Assembly (NCBI RefSeq): GCF_042096255.1 | Contig: NZ_JBELLZ010000003.1 | Coordinates: 18,104-82,103 of the forward strand | DNA from: Sphingomonas sp. | GTDB lineage: Bacteria; Pseudomonadota; Alphaproteobacteria; Sphingomonadales; Sphingomonadaceae | Direction: 5' to 3' | Length of the DNA: 64,000 nucleotides | Part shown: piece after piece, positions 1 to 9,738 of the stretch | Layout: each line of letters begins with the position of its first letter | Position numbering within the stretch: the first letter of the stretch is position 1 | Position numbers and translations under genes: made by a program | Notes under the pieces: generated by a model | What the model saw: only the letters and a program-made list of their open reading frames with translations | Databases searched by the model: none | Told to the model about the DNA's origin: nothing

Positions 1-26
1 CTGCGGAACCGCTGGAAGGCCAAGCC

Positions 27-1196
27 GTGACCCGCAAGCAGGAGCGGATGCGCCGCATGCTGCAATGGCTCGGCATCCTCGCCGCCGGCGCGGTCGGCAG
101 CATCGGCCTGGGCGGCTGGGTCGGCGCGGGCTTCTTCGCCGCGGCGCTCGCGCTCGGCCACCGGCGGATGATCGCCCCGCCCGGCGTCGCGATCCTCACC
201 TATCATTCGGTCGCCGAGGATCCGCGCTGGCTGCCCTGGGCCTATGAGATCGCGGTCTCGCCACGCACGTTCGCCCGTCATGCGGACGTGCTGCGCAAGA
301 TGAACTGCACGGTGATGGGAACGCGCGACTATCTTGCCTTCCGCGCCGCGGGCGAAGCGCTGCCCTATCGTCCGGTCGTCCTACACTTCGACGACGGCTA
401 TCTCGACAATTGGCTCTTCGCCGTCCCCATCCTGCGCAGCCGCCGCCTCCCGGCCACCTTCTTCCCCTCGCTCGACTTCATCGAGCCGGGCGAGACGATC
501 CGCCCGGTCACCGCCGAGACGAGCGGGTACATGAACTGGGCCGAGCTCCAAGCGCTGGAGGCCTATGCCGGCTTCGAGGTGGAGCCGCACGGCATCGACC
601 ATGGCCGCGTCCCGATCTCCGAACGCGGGGTGGGCGTGCTGACCGAGCGGAACTGGCGCCGCCACGCCTGGATGCAATGGGCCGCGACGCAGGGACCCAA
701 GCACGACTGGTATCGCAGCGACAGCCCCGCCGCGGTGCCGCTGGGCAGCGCGGTGCCCGAATCGGGGCTGGCGCTCGCGACGCGCGGCTGGGTGAACGGG
801 GAGCGCGAGAGCGAGGCGGCGTTCGAGGCGCGGGTGACCGAGCACCTGCTCACCTGCCGCGATACCTTCCTCCACCGTCTCGGCCGTGCGCCGCAGGTGT
901 TCTGCTGGCCGGAGAACAAGACCGCCCCGGAGAGCCGCGCGATCGCCGCCGCGCTCGGCTATCGCGCCACCACCGGCGGCCGCCGCCGCAACACCGCCGG
1001 CGAGCCCGCCTCCGTGCTGTCGCGCATCCACATGGGAGACCGCGCATTGGGCTTCCGCTGGTTGTTCGCCGAAGGTCTGCACCTTCGTGCTGCGGTGCGG
1101 CTGGCGCAGGGCAACCTCTATTGGTATCTGGCGGTGGGACCGATGAACTGGACGCGGGCGATCGTGACGCGCCTGCGGTTGAGAGGTCGTGCATGA
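27..1196 (+). CDS. Polysaccharide deacetylase family protein (CE4/NodB-like) with N-terminal membrane anchor
   Basis: ILTYHSV and HFDDGYLDNW motifs, HGIDH metal motif, FCWP; hydrophobic N-terminus; ATGA overlap with the next gene. Confidence 0.85.
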   Translation: MTRKQERMRRMLQWLGILAAGAVGSIGLGGWVGAGFFAAALALGHRRMIAPPGVAILTYHSVAEDPRWLPWAYEIAVSPRTFARHADVLRKMNCTVMGTRDYLAFRAAGEALPYRPVVLHFDDGYLDNWLFAVPILRSRRLPATFFPSLDFIEPGETIRPVTAETSGYMNWAELQALEAYAGFEVEPHGIDHGRVPISERGVGVLTERNWRRHAWMQWAATQGPKHDWYRSDSPAAVPLGSAVPESGLALATRGWVNGERESEAAFEARVTEHLLTCRDTFLHRLGRAPQVFCWPENKTAPESRAIAAALGYRATTGGRRRNTAGEPASVLSRIHMGDRALGFRWLFAEGLHLRAAVRLAQGNLYWYLAVGPMNWTRAIVTRLRLRGRA

Positions 1197-1960
1197 CGCC
1201 GCCGAGGTCGGACGATTTCCTGACGGGGGGAGCGACCCCACTGCCCGAGCCGCGGCGCTATCCGCCGCCCGAGCGGCGCCAGGACATGGCGCGCCGCGTG
1301 CGCTTCGAATGCGACATGAAGGGCGTGCCGCTGCCGCTCGAGGTGCGTGGCCGTAGCTATGCCCAGCGGCTGAAGCCTTTCCTCGACTCGGTGCTGGCGC
1401 TGGGCGTGGTCCTGGTCTGCGCGCCGGTGTTCGTGGCGGTGGCGGTCGCAATCAAGCTGGACGACGGCGGCCGCATCCTCTTCATCCAGGACCGCACCGG
1501 CTATCTCGGCCGCCGCTTCCGCCTTTATAAATTTCGCACCATGGTCCCGGACGCGGAGGCGCTGAAGGAGGCGCTGCGCAAGCACAACGTCCACGGCGTC
1601 GACTCCCCCGACTTCAAGCTGGTCAACGATCCCCGCATCACCCGCGTCGGCCGCTTCCTACGCAAAACCAGCCTCGACGAGCTGCCCAACCTGTGGAACA
1701 TCGTGCTGGGCCAGATGAGCTTCGTCGGCCCCCGCCCCACCTCGTTCGACGCCAGCACCTACGGCATGGCGCACCTACCCCGGCTGGCGGTGCGGCCGGG
1801 GCTGACCGGCCTGTGGCAGGTCTCCGGCCGCGCCAACGTCGGCTTCGACGAGCGCACCGCGATGGACATCGAATATATCCGCTCGATGTCCGCCAAGCGC
1901 GACCTGGAGCTGGTGCTCAAGACGGTGAGCGCGGTGCGCAAGGGCGATGGGGCGCATTGA
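1193..1960 (+). CDS. Priming sugar transferase (bacterial sugar transferase family, WcaJ/WecA C-terminal type)
   Basis: C-terminal part of ORF 410..1960; ATG 1193 overlaps the upstream stop; YKFRTM, DPRITRVGRFLRKTSLDELP, MSFVGPRP, RPGLTGLWQVSGR motifs. Confidence 0.92.
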   Translation: MTPPRSDDFLTGGATPLPEPRRYPPPERRQDMARRVRFECDMKGVPLPLEVRGRSYAQRLKPFLDSVLALGVVLVCAPVFVAVAVAIKLDDGGRILFIQDRTGYLGRRFRLYKFRTMVPDAEALKEALRKHNVHGVDSPDFKLVNDPRITRVGRFLRKTSLDELPNLWNIVLGQMSFVGPRPTSFDASTYGMAHLPRLAVRPGLTGLWQVSGRANVGFDERTAMDIEYIRSMSAKRDLELVLKTVSAVRKGDGAH

Positions 1961-2137
1961 GCGGGACGCACGCCCCGGACCCAAGCGCGGAAGTTGACAC
2001 TAACTTTACACCGTCGATGCCTGCTTCCGCTTCCGACATGACGTGAACCAGGCACAGGGTTCCCGCGCGATAAGAGCCTATAATCATGTCAAAGAGCTGG
2101 CGCGACGATAGCATTGAAGACCGGCTGTAGGAAAGCT

Positions 2138-2560
2138 TCAAAGACGGCGGTGTTGACTTATTCCTCCCCCGGGAGGGGGAGGGGAACCGCCGAAGGCGGT
2201 GGAGGGGTAGTCGCCACAAGTGGAGGCCATGATGTGTCGAACCACTGCCTCCACGTCATGCAGAACCTCGCGGGCCGGTATGCGGATGGTGCGAACTCCT
2301 TGTCGTGAAATCCACGCATCGCGGATGGCATCAGCGTGAGGCCGGTCGCCTCGACTGTGCGCTTCCCCATCGACCTCGATCGCTAGCCGGCGACGGGGGC
2401 AGAAGAAATCGAGCACATACTCGCCCGCGGGATGCTGGTGCCGGAACTTCAGGCCGCCGGGGCGCTGGCGCAGGGCCTGCCACAGGAGGACTTCGGGCAG
2501 ACTCATCTCGCGTCGGAGCTGGGCGGCGCGCTTCTGTGTCCGTTTCGGGCCGTGGAGCAT
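2138..2560 (-). CDS. DUF559 / Vsr-like endonuclease domain protein
   Basis: AAQLRREMSLPEVLLWQALR, KFRHQHP, YVLDFFC, LAIEVDGEAH, RDAW..GVRTIRI pattern typical of DUF559. Confidence 0.9.
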   Translation of the reverse strand: MLHGPKRTQKRAAQLRREMSLPEVLLWQALRQRPGGLKFRHQHPAGEYVLDFFCPRRRLAIEVDGEAHSRGDRPHADAIRDAWISRQGVRTIRIPAREVLHDVEAVVRHIMASTCGDYPSTAFGGSPPPPGGGISQHRRL

Positions 2561-2616
2561 GCGGCGACCTACCCCTCCACCGCCTTCGGCGGTCCCCCTC
2601 CCCCTCCGGGGGAGGA
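2162..2616. mobile_element. Putative inverted-repeat-bounded element carrying the DUF559 gene
   Basis: Arm 2162-2215 is the near-perfect reverse complement of arm 2564-2616 and the two enclose the nuclease ORF; no clear target-site duplication. Confidence 0.6.
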
Positions 2617-2633
2617 TTGTGTTAGGATTGCTC

Positions 2634-3047
2634 TCACTCCATCCCCGGATAGGTCCGGAACTCCGGCAGTTCCACCATGCCCCTGGTCCAGCCGAGCCGG
2701 TCCTTGACCATGATCTGCGCGCCCGGCGGCAGCGCTTCGGGATCGTCGAGGGTGCAAGACTGGATGTCGATCAGCCCCGGCAGCGCCGTGGGGTTGCGAT
2801 AGAACAGGCCGGTGCCGCACTCGCCGCAGAACTCCCGGCTGCCGGTGTTGCTGGACTTGTAGACCTTGGGGGTGCCGGTGACCGTCACCGCCTCGTCCCT
2901 CCACGCGATCCAGCCGACCGCTGGCGCGCCGGACCAGCGACGGCAATCCTCGCAGTGGCAGAGCGCGTGATGCTCGGGCGGGCCTTCCGCCGCATAGCTG
3001 ATCGCGCCGCAGTGACACTTGCCGGTGGTGGCCCCGACTTCGGTCAT
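2634..3047 (-). CDS. GFA (glutathione-dependent formaldehyde-activating / CENP-V) family protein
   Basis: GKCHCGAISY, CHCEDCRR, REFCGECGT zinc motifs. Confidence 0.92.
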   Translation of the reverse strand: MTEVGATTGKCHCGAISYAAEGPPEHHALCHCEDCRRWSGAPAVGWIAWRDEAVTVTGTPKVYKSSNTGSREFCGECGTGLFYRNPTALPGLIDIQSCTLDDPEALPPGAQIMVKDRLGWTRGMVELPEFRTYPGME

Positions 3048-3123
3048 CGACTCTCTCCCGTGTTCGTTCTACCCTTGTTCTCATGGATTGCGCCGCGGGG
3101 CAAGCGCGCTTAACTGGCAAGGG

Positions 3124-5424
3124 GTGACCACAGATCTTGCCGATCCGCTTTATCTTTCCGGCCTGAACCCGCCGCAGCGCGAGGCGGTGCTGACCACCGA
3201 CGGGCCGGTGCTGGTGCTCGCCGGCGCCGGCACGGGCAAGACCGCGGCGCTGACCGCGCGGCTGGCGCACCTGCTCTACACGCGCAAGGCGTGGCCGAGC
3301 GAGATCCTGAGCGTCACCTTCACCAACAAAGCGGCGCGCGAGATGCGCGAGCGCGTCGGCCGGCTGGTCGGCGATGCGGTGGAGGGCATGCCGTGGCTGG
3401 GCACCTTCCACGCGATCGGCGCCAAGATGCTGCGCCGCCATGCTGAACTGGTCGGGCTTCAATCCAACTTCACCATCCTCGACACCGACGACCAGTTGCG
3501 GCTGCTGAAGCAGCTGATCCTGGCCGCGGACATCGACGAGAAGCGCTTTCCCGCGCGCAGCCTGGCCGGGCTGATCGACGAGTGGAAGAACAAGGGGCTG
3601 ACCCCGCGCGAGATCGATGCGGGCGAGAGCGAGCGCTACGCCAACGGCCGCGGTGGCGAGCTGTACGAACAGTATCAGGCGCGGCTGAAGGCGGTGAACG
3701 CCTGTGATTTCGGTGACTTGCTGCTGCATGTTCTCACGATCCTGAAGACCGATCGCGGCGTGCTGGAGCAGTATCAGCAGCGCTTCCGCTACATCATGGT
3801 GGACGAGTATCAGGACACCAACAGCGTCCAATACCTCTGGCTGCGGCTGCTGGCGCAGGAGCGCCGCAACATCTGCTGCGTGGGCGATGACGACCAGTCG
3901 ATCTATTCCTGGCGCGGCGCGCAGGTGGAGAATATCCTCAAGTTCGAGAAGGACTTCCCCGGCGCCAAGGTGATCCGGCTGGAGCAGAATTACCGCTCCA
4001 CCCCGCACATCCTGGGCGCCGCTGGCGGCGTCATCGCCAAGAACAGTGGTCGCCTCGGCAAGCAGTTGTGGACCGAGCTGGACGCGGGCGAGAAGGTGCG
4101 CGTGATCGGCGTGTGGGACGGGCCGGAGGAGGCACGCCGCGTCGGCGACGAGATCGAGGCGTGCCAGCGATCCGGCAAGTCGCTCGACGACGTCGCCATC
4201 CTGGTCCGCGCCCAGCACCAGACCCGCGAGTTCGAGGACCGCTTCATCGCGATCGGCCTGCCCTACAAGATCGTCGGTGGCTTCCGCTTCTACGAGCGCG
4301 CCGAGATCCGCGACGCGCTCGCCTATCTGCGCGTGGTCAACCAGCCCGCCGACGACCTCGCCTTCGAGCGGATCGTCAACGTGCCCAAGCGCGGTCTTGG
4401 CGACAAGGCGGTGGCCAGGATCCACCAGCTGGCGCGCGCGAACGGCCTGGCGCTCACCACCGCGGCGGCGCGCATCCTCGACACCGACGAGCTGACGCCG
4501 CAGGCACGCCGCGCGCTCGGCAACCTGGTCGGCGACATCGCACGCTGGCGGCAGATGGCGAGCGAGCTGCCGCATGCCGAACTCGCCCGCCAGCTGCTCG
4601 ACGAGAGCGGCTATACCGCGATGCTCCAGGCGGAGAAATCGACAGAGGCGGCGGGACGGCTGGAGAATTTGACCGAGCTGGTCCGCGCGATGGAGGAATA
4701 TGAGAGCCTCGGCGCGTTCCTCGAGCACGTCAGCCTCGTCATGGACAATGAGGGGACGCGCGACGACCCCAAGGTGACGATCATGACCATTCACGCCGCC
4801 AAGGGCCTGGAGTTCGACACGGTGTTCCTCGCCGGCTGGGAGGAGGGCGTGTTCCCCAGCCAGCGCGCGCTGGACGAGGGCGGCACGCGCAGCCTGGAGG
4901 AGGAGCGGCGCCTCGCCTATGTCGCGATCACGCGGGCGCGGCGACGGGCGGTGATCCTGCATGCGGCCAACCGGCGCATCTACGGCCAGTGGACCTCATC
5001 CATCCCCTCGCGCTTCGTCGCCGAACTGCCCGGCGAGCATATCGACAGCGAGACGACGATGACCGGCGGCGAGAGCCTGTGGCGCGCGAACTGGTCCGAA
5101 CGCGCGGACCCGTTCGCCGACGTCGGCCGCGGCACCGGGCGCGGGCCGGGCTGGCAGCGGGCGGCGGGCACGCTCGGCGGCAAGCCGGGCGGCGAGTGGC
5201 AGCAGCGCACCTTCACGCGCGAGCCGGTGCGCGTGGTGGAAAGCCGCGCGCCTTCGGTCAGTTTGGGCAACAAGGGCCGCGCCGACCTGTCGCTCGGCCA
5301 GCGCGTGTTCCACCAGAAGTTCGGCTATGGCGCGATCGCCGAGATCGAGGGCAACAAGCTGGAGATCGACTTCGAGAAGGCGGGGCGCAAGCGGGTGATG
5401 GACAGCTTCGTGAGCCTGGCGTGA
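3124..5424 (+). CDS. uvrD: ATP-dependent DNA helicase UvrD/PcrA
   Basis: LAGAGTGKT, TFTNKAAREM, VDEYQDTN, VGDDDQSIY, LEQNYRST, TIHAAKGLEF, EEERRLAYVAITRA; start taken at GTG 3124. Confidence 0.95.
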   Translation: MTTDLADPLYLSGLNPPQREAVLTTDGPVLVLAGAGTGKTAALTARLAHLLYTRKAWPSEILSVTFTNKAAREMRERVGRLVGDAVEGMPWLGTFHAIGAKMLRRHAELVGLQSNFTILDTDDQLRLLKQLILAADIDEKRFPARSLAGLIDEWKNKGLTPREIDAGESERYANGRGGELYEQYQARLKAVNACDFGDLLLHVLTILKTDRGVLEQYQQRFRYIMVDEYQDTNSVQYLWLRLLAQERRNICCVGDDDQSIYSWRGAQVENILKFEKDFPGAKVIRLEQNYRSTPHILGAAGGVIAKNSGRLGKQLWTELDAGEKVRVIGVWDGPEEARRVGDEIEACQRSGKSLDDVAILVRAQHQTREFEDRFIAIGLPYKIVGGFRFYERAEIRDALAYLRVVNQPADDLAFERIVNVPKRGLGDKAVARIHQLARANGLALTTAAARILDTDELTPQARRALGNLVGDIARWRQMASELPHAELARQLLDESGYTAMLQAEKSTEAAGRLENLTELVRAMEEYESLGAFLEHVSLVMDNEGTRDDPKVTIMTIHAAKGLEFDTVFLAGWEEGVFPSQRALDEGGTRSLEEERRLAYVAITRARRRAVILHAANRRIYGQWTSSIPSRFVAELPGEHIDSETTMTGGESLWRANWSERADPFADVGRGTGRGPGWQRAAGTLGGKPGGEWQQRTFTREPVRVVESRAPSVSLGNKGRADLSLGQRVFHQKFGYGAIAEIEGNKLEIDFEKAGRKRVMDSFVSLA

Positions 5425-5473
5425 TTGCCGATGTCGGCGAGATGGTCTATATGCTTGGACCAGGAGGCTGGTG

Positions 5474-5734
5474 ATGCGGGTGTCCGTTTCCGAGGCGAAG
5501 GCGCGCCTGACCGATCTCGTTCGGCGTGCTGAAGGCGGTGATGAGGTGATCCTCACGCGGCGCGGTCAGCCCGCCGTGCGCCTCGTACCCGTCGACATGG
5601 AATCGATCCGGGTCCGCAGGTTGCGCGTTATAGACGAGGTGATCGAGGCAGCACGACGTCGCGGCCCTGATGGCGGGCCCGATGCCGCCCGCAGCGCGGA
5701 CTGGCTTTATGACGAGAACGGCCTGCCGGCTTGA
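5474..5734 (+). CDS. Type II antitoxin, Phd/YefM family
   Basis: VSVSEAKARLTDLVRRAEGGDEVILTRRGQPAVRLVP; RBS AGGAGG; overlaps the PIN gene. Confidence 0.9.
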   Translation: MRVSVSEAKARLTDLVRRAEGGDEVILTRRGQPAVRLVPVDMESIRVRRLRVIDEVIEAARRRGPDGGPDAARSADWLYDENGLPA

Positions 5735-6135
5735 TCGTGGTCGACACCTCGGCGTTGATGGCGATTTCTCTGGGAGAGCCTCGAGCCGGACGCTGCGCCG
5801 AAGTGCTTGCGGCAGAGAGTGAAGCCCTGATTGCGGCGCCGACAACGTCCGAATGCCTCGTTGTCGCGATGGGCCGCGGCGTCGAACCCGAGATGAGGCG
5901 CCTGCTCGACGAGCTTGGGCTGTTCGTCGTCCCATCGACGGAGGATCGCGCACGATCGGCGGCGGAGGCTTACCGGCGGTGGGGCAAGGGCTTTCACAGC
6001 AAAGCGACGCTCAACATCTGCAACAGCTTCGCCTACGCCCTTGCCCGCGAGTTCGACTGCCCATTGCTTTACGTCGGAAACGACTTTGCGCAGACGGATA
6101 TCCTGAGCGCGTTCGATCACGGCGCAGAAGACTGA
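5731..6135 (+). CDS. vapC: Type II toxin VapC (PIN domain)
   Basis: MIVVDTSALMAI, YRRWGKG, LN..-FAYALA, LLYVGNDFAQTDI; coupled to the antitoxin. Confidence 0.9.
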   Translation: MIVVDTSALMAISLGEPRAGRCAEVLAAESEALIAAPTTSECLVVAMGRGVEPEMRRLLDELGLFVVPSTEDRARSAAEAYRRWGKGFHSKATLNICNSFAYALAREFDCPLLYVGNDFAQTDILSAFDHGAED

Positions 6136-6153
6136 CCGCGCCGGGTTGCGCCC

Positions 6154-7971
6154 TTATTCGGGCGCGACCACCTTGGCGACGTCCTTCGGCTGCTCGGCGG
6201 TGGAGCGCAGGTTGAGTTCCTTGAGCTGCCGGGCCGAGACGAAGCTGGGCGCACCCATCATCAAATCCTCCGCCTTCTGCGTCATCGGAAAGACGATCAC
6301 CTCGCGGATATTGGGCTCGTCGGCGAGCAGCATGACGATGCGGTCGATCCCCGGCGCCGAGCCGCCGTGCGGGGGCGCGCCGTACTTGAAGGCGTTGATC
6401 ATGCCCGCAAAGTTGGTGTCGACGTCGGCCTGCGAATAGCCGGCGATCTCGAACGCCTTGTACATGATTTCGGGGCGATGGTTGCGGATCGCGCCCGACG
6501 ACAGCTCCACGCCGTTGCAGACGATGTCATATTGATAGGCGAGGATGTCGAGCGGATCCTTGCTCTCCAGCGCCTCCATCTCGCCCTGCGGCATGGAGAA
6601 GGGATTATGGCTGAAGTCGACCTTCTTGTTGTCCTCGTCATATTCGAACATCGGGAAGTCGACGATCCAGCAGAACTCGAACCGGCTCTGGTCGATCAGC
6701 CCCAGCTGCTCGGCGACGCGGGTGCGCGCGAGGCCGGCGAGCTTGGCGGCCTGCGCTTCCTTCCCGGCGGCGAAGAACAGCCCGTCGTCCGGCCCGAGGC
6801 CGAGCGCGTCGGCCATCGCGGTCATCTTGTCCTCGCCATGATTCTTGGCGATCGGCCCGCCCCATTCGCCGCCCTTGCGGGTGGCATAGCCCAGGCCGGC
6901 GAAGCCCTCGCCCTGCGCCCAGCTGTTCATGTCGTCGAAGAACTTCCGCGACTTGTCGGCGGTGCCCGGCGCCGGGATCGCGCGCACCACGTCGCCGGCC
7001 TCGACAATCGAGGCGAAGCGGCCGAAGCCGCTGCCGACGAACTGCTCGGACACATCCGAGATCAGGATCGGATTGCGCAGGTCGGGCTTGTCGTTGCCGT
7101 ACTTCAGCATCGATTCACGATACGGGATGCGCTTGAACGGCAGCGCCGAGACGGTGCGGCCCTTCCCCTGCCAGTCGGCGAACTCCTCGAACACGCCGTG
7201 GAGCACCGGCTCGATCGCGGCGAAAACATCGTCTTGCGTGACGTAGCTCATCTCGAAATCGAGCTGGTAGAACTCGCCAGGCGAGCGATCGGCGCGCGCG
7301 TCCTCGTCGCGGAAGCAGGGCGCGATCTGGAAATAGCGGTCGAAGCCCGCGACCATCAGCAGCTGCTTGAACATCTGCGGCGCCTGCGGAAGCGCGTAGA
7401 ATTTGCCCGGATGCACGCGCGAGGGGACGAGATAGTCGCGCGCGCCCTCGGGAGAGGAGGCGGTCAGGATCGGCGTCTGGAACTCTGTGAAGCCCTGGTC
7501 CACCATCCGCTTGCGGATGCTGGCGATTACGCCGGACCGGAGCATGATGTTGGCGTGCAATTTCTCGCGGCGGAGGTCGAGGAAGCGGTAGCGGAGGCGG
7601 ATGTCCTCCGGATATTCGGCCTCGCCCGCCACCGGCATCGGCAGCTCCTGCGCCTGGCTCTGGATCGTCACGCCGCGCGCGAACACCTCGATCTGGCCGG
7701 TCGGCAGGTTGGCGTTCACCGTCGCCTCCGAGCGCGCCTTCACCAATCCGTCGATCGTGATCACGGATTCGGCGCGCAGCCCCTCCAGCACCGGCAGCGC
7801 GGGCGAATCGCTGTCCGCGACGATCTGGGTGATGCCGTAATGGTCGCGCAGGTCGACGAACAGCACGCCGCCATGGTCGCGCTTGCGATGGACCCAGCCC
7901 GACAGGCGGACGGTCTCGCCGACGTTCGTCGCGGTCAGCGCGGCGCAGGTGTGGGTGCGATAGGCGTGCAT
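6154..7971 (-). CDS. aspS: Aspartate--tRNA ligase
   Basis: [61 protein letters not shown]. Confidence 0.98.
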   Translation of the reverse strand: MHAYRTHTCAALTATNVGETVRLSGWVHRKRDHGGVLFVDLRDHYGITQIVADSDSPALPVLEGLRAESVITIDGLVKARSEATVNANLPTGQIEVFARGVTIQSQAQELPMPVAGEAEYPEDIRLRYRFLDLRREKLHANIMLRSGVIASIRKRMVDQGFTEFQTPILTASSPEGARDYLVPSRVHPGKFYALPQAPQMFKQLLMVAGFDRYFQIAPCFRDEDARADRSPGEFYQLDFEMSYVTQDDVFAAIEPVLHGVFEEFADWQGKGRTVSALPFKRIPYRESMLKYGNDKPDLRNPILISDVSEQFVGSGFGRFASIVEAGDVVRAIPAPGTADKSRKFFDDMNSWAQGEGFAGLGYATRKGGEWGGPIAKNHGEDKMTAMADALGLGPDDGLFFAAGKEAQAAKLAGLARTRVAEQLGLIDQSRFEFCWIVDFPMFEYDEDNKKVDFSHNPFSMPQGEMEALESKDPLDILAYQYDIVCNGVELSSGAIRNHRPEIMYKAFEIAGYSQADVDTNFAGMINAFKYGAPPHGGSAPGIDRIVMLLADEPNIREVIVFPMTQKAEDLMMGAPSFVSARQLKELNLRSTAEQPKDVAKVVAPE

Positions 7972-7987
7972 GGTGGGTCTCTCTTCT

Positions 7988-8073
7988 CGTCACCCCGGCC
8001 TTGAGCCGGGGTCCCGCTGTTCTTGGGTGCGCCGCTGAAGAAAGCGGGACCCCGGGTCAAGCCCGGGGTGACG
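7988..8073. repeat. CGTC-type REP doublet (inverted palindromic arms)
   Basis: cgtcaccccggccttgagccggggtcccgct ... agcgggaccccgggtcaagcccggggtgacg; lies between divergent aspS and rnd. Confidence 0.85.
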
Positions 8074-8144
8074 GGATTTGATTGGCGGCGCCCTCCGTCT
8101 CCGCTTTGTCAACCCGCGCACACCGGTCTATGGCCGCTTCCCTT

Positions 8145-9338
8145 ATGCACGTTCACCCGCTCATCACCGACAGCGCGACGCTCGCCAATCTCTGCGCCCG
8201 CCTTTCCGACGCCCCCTTCGTCTGCGTGGACACCGAGTTCATGCGCGAAAGCACCTATTGGCCGCAGCTGTGCCTGGTGCAGATCGCCGATACCGAGGAG
8301 GCGGCGGCGATCGACCCGATGGCGCCCGGCCTCGATCTCCAGCCTTTGCTGGACCTGTTGGTGGACAATGGGGACGTGCTCAAGGTCTTCCATGCCGGCG
8401 GGCAGGACCTGGAGATCATCTACAACCTGACCGGCAAGACGCCGCATCCGCTGTTCGACACGCAGGTGGCGGCGATGGCGCTCGGCCAGGGCGAGCAGAT
8501 CGGTTATTCGAACCTGGTCGACAGCTGGCTGGGCATCCAGGTCGACAAGGGCGCGCGCTTCACCGACTGGTCGCGCCGCCCGCTCGACCAGCGTCAGGTG
8601 GATTATGCGATCGGCGACGTCACGCACCTGTCGAAAATCTTCCCGAAGATGCTGGAGCGGCTGCGCAAGACCGGGCGCGGCGCGTGGCTGGACATCGAGA
8701 TGGAGCGGCTGGGCGACCCGGCGAACTACGCCAACGATCCCGATCTTGCCTGGAAGCGTGTCCGCATCGCCGGGCGCAAGGCGGACGTGCTCGGCCGGCT
8801 GAAGGCGCTCGCCCGCTGGCGCGAGCTGGAGGCGCGGTCGAAGGACCTGCCGCGCGGCCGTATCGTCAAGGACGAGACGATCGCCGACCTCGCCGGCCAC
8901 CCGCCGCGCCGCCAGGCGGATCTCGCCAAGGTCCGCGGGCTTTCGGCGACCTGGGCGTCCAACGACATCGGCAAGAGGCTGATGGGCGTGATAGAGGCGG
9001 CCGAGCCGATGCCCGCCGACGAGATGCCGCCGCGTGAGGATCGCAAGCCGGGCCTCGGCCGCGAGGGCGCCTTGGTCGCTGACCTGCTCAAGTTGCTGCT
9101 CAAGATCCGCGCGCGCGACATCGATGTGGCGCCGCGCCTGCTCGCCCGCGGCGAGGAGCTGGAGCTGCTGGCGGCGGGGCAGCGCGCCGGCCTCGCGATC
9201 CTCGAAGGCTGGCGCTTCGACCAGTTCGGCCGCGACGCGCTCGACCTGGTCGAGGGGCGCCTTGGCTTCGCGGTTCAGGAAGGGAGGCTCAAGATGACGC
9301 GTGCAGGCGACCTGGCGGGCGCGGAGGCGGCGGAATGA
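8145..9338 (+). CDS. rnd: Ribonuclease D
   Basis: VDTEFMRESTYWPQLCLVQ, KVFHAGGQDLE, FDTQVAAM, FTDWSRRPL, HRDC region; start could be 8130. Confidence 0.95.
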   Translation: MHVHPLITDSATLANLCARLSDAPFVCVDTEFMRESTYWPQLCLVQIADTEEAAAIDPMAPGLDLQPLLDLLVDNGDVLKVFHAGGQDLEIIYNLTGKTPHPLFDTQVAAMALGQGEQIGYSNLVDSWLGIQVDKGARFTDWSRRPLDQRQVDYAIGDVTHLSKIFPKMLERLRKTGRGAWLDIEMERLGDPANYANDPDLAWKRVRIAGRKADVLGRLKALARWRELEARSKDLPRGRIVKDETIADLAGHPPRRQADLAKVRGLSATWASNDIGKRLMGVIEAAEPMPADEMPPREDRKPGLGREGALVADLLKLLLKIRARDIDVAPRLLARGEELELLAAGQRAGLAILEGWRFDQFGRDALDLVEGRLGFAVQEGRLKMTRAGDLAGAEAAE

Positions 9339-9622
9339 GGACGCTGCTCCTGGCGACGGCGGTGCTGGCGCTCGCCGGCTGCGGCGGCGGCAAGCGGCCT
9401 GCCCGCCCGTCCGATCCCGCCTTGTGCGACGTCAAGCGCCTTAAGGTGCTGGTCGGCCGACCGGCCAGCGCGGTCGCGGCGGCGGAAGCGCTCCAGCTCT
9501 CCGGCGCGCGCACGATCCGCTGGGTCGGGCCGGACAGCGCGGTGACGATGGATTACCGGCCCGATCGGCTCAACGTCGTGCTGACCGGGAACAAGAAGGT
9601 GAAGCGCTTCACCTGCGGGTGA
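9335..9622 (+). CDS. Lipoprotein, peptidase inhibitor I78 family
   Basis: Lipobox LAGC; IRWVGPDSAVTMDYRPDRLNVVL...CG. Confidence 0.9.
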   Translation: MRTLLLATAVLALAGCGGGKRPARPSDPALCDVKRLKVLVGRPASAVAAAEALQLSGARTIRWVGPDSAVTMDYRPDRLNVVLTGNKKVKRFTCG

Positions 9623-9627
9623 CGCAA

Positions 9628-9732
9628 TCCTCCCCACGCAGTGGGGAGGGGGACCATCCGCGCAGCGGATGGTGGAGGGGCGGTTCGGCTGGGCGGTGCG
9701 CTCGTGGCGGTCCCCTCCCCGTGCCGGGAGGA
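9628..9732. repeat. Copy of the cctcccc/ggggagg repeat family (full left arm, shortened right arm)
   Basis: tcctccccacgcagtggggagggggaccatccgcgcagcggatggtggagggg has the same two-hairpin architecture as 2162-2215; lies between convergent genes. Confidence 0.8.
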
Positions 9733-9738
9733 TCGAAC

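Noticed and set aside
410-1192. N-terminal half of the 516-aa ORF 410..1960
   Set aside because: Overlaps the deacetylase in another frame with Arg/Pro-rich nonsense sequence; the real gene starts at 1193
1961-2137. AT-richer spacer with ORFs 1917..2219 and 2114..2308
   Set aside because: ORFs begin inside the repeat or overlap the nuclease gene and show no recognisable motif
2158-2620. Target-site duplication around the DUF559 element
   Set aside because: Flanks (ttat / ttgt) are not identical and the copy at 16525 shows none; cannot be supported
2569-4962. 797-aa minus-strand ORF
   Set aside because: Antisense shadow of uvrD and alternative frame of the GFA gene; typical of high-GC coding strands, no motifs
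6367-8004. 545-aa plus-strand ORF
   Set aside because: Antisense shadow of aspS
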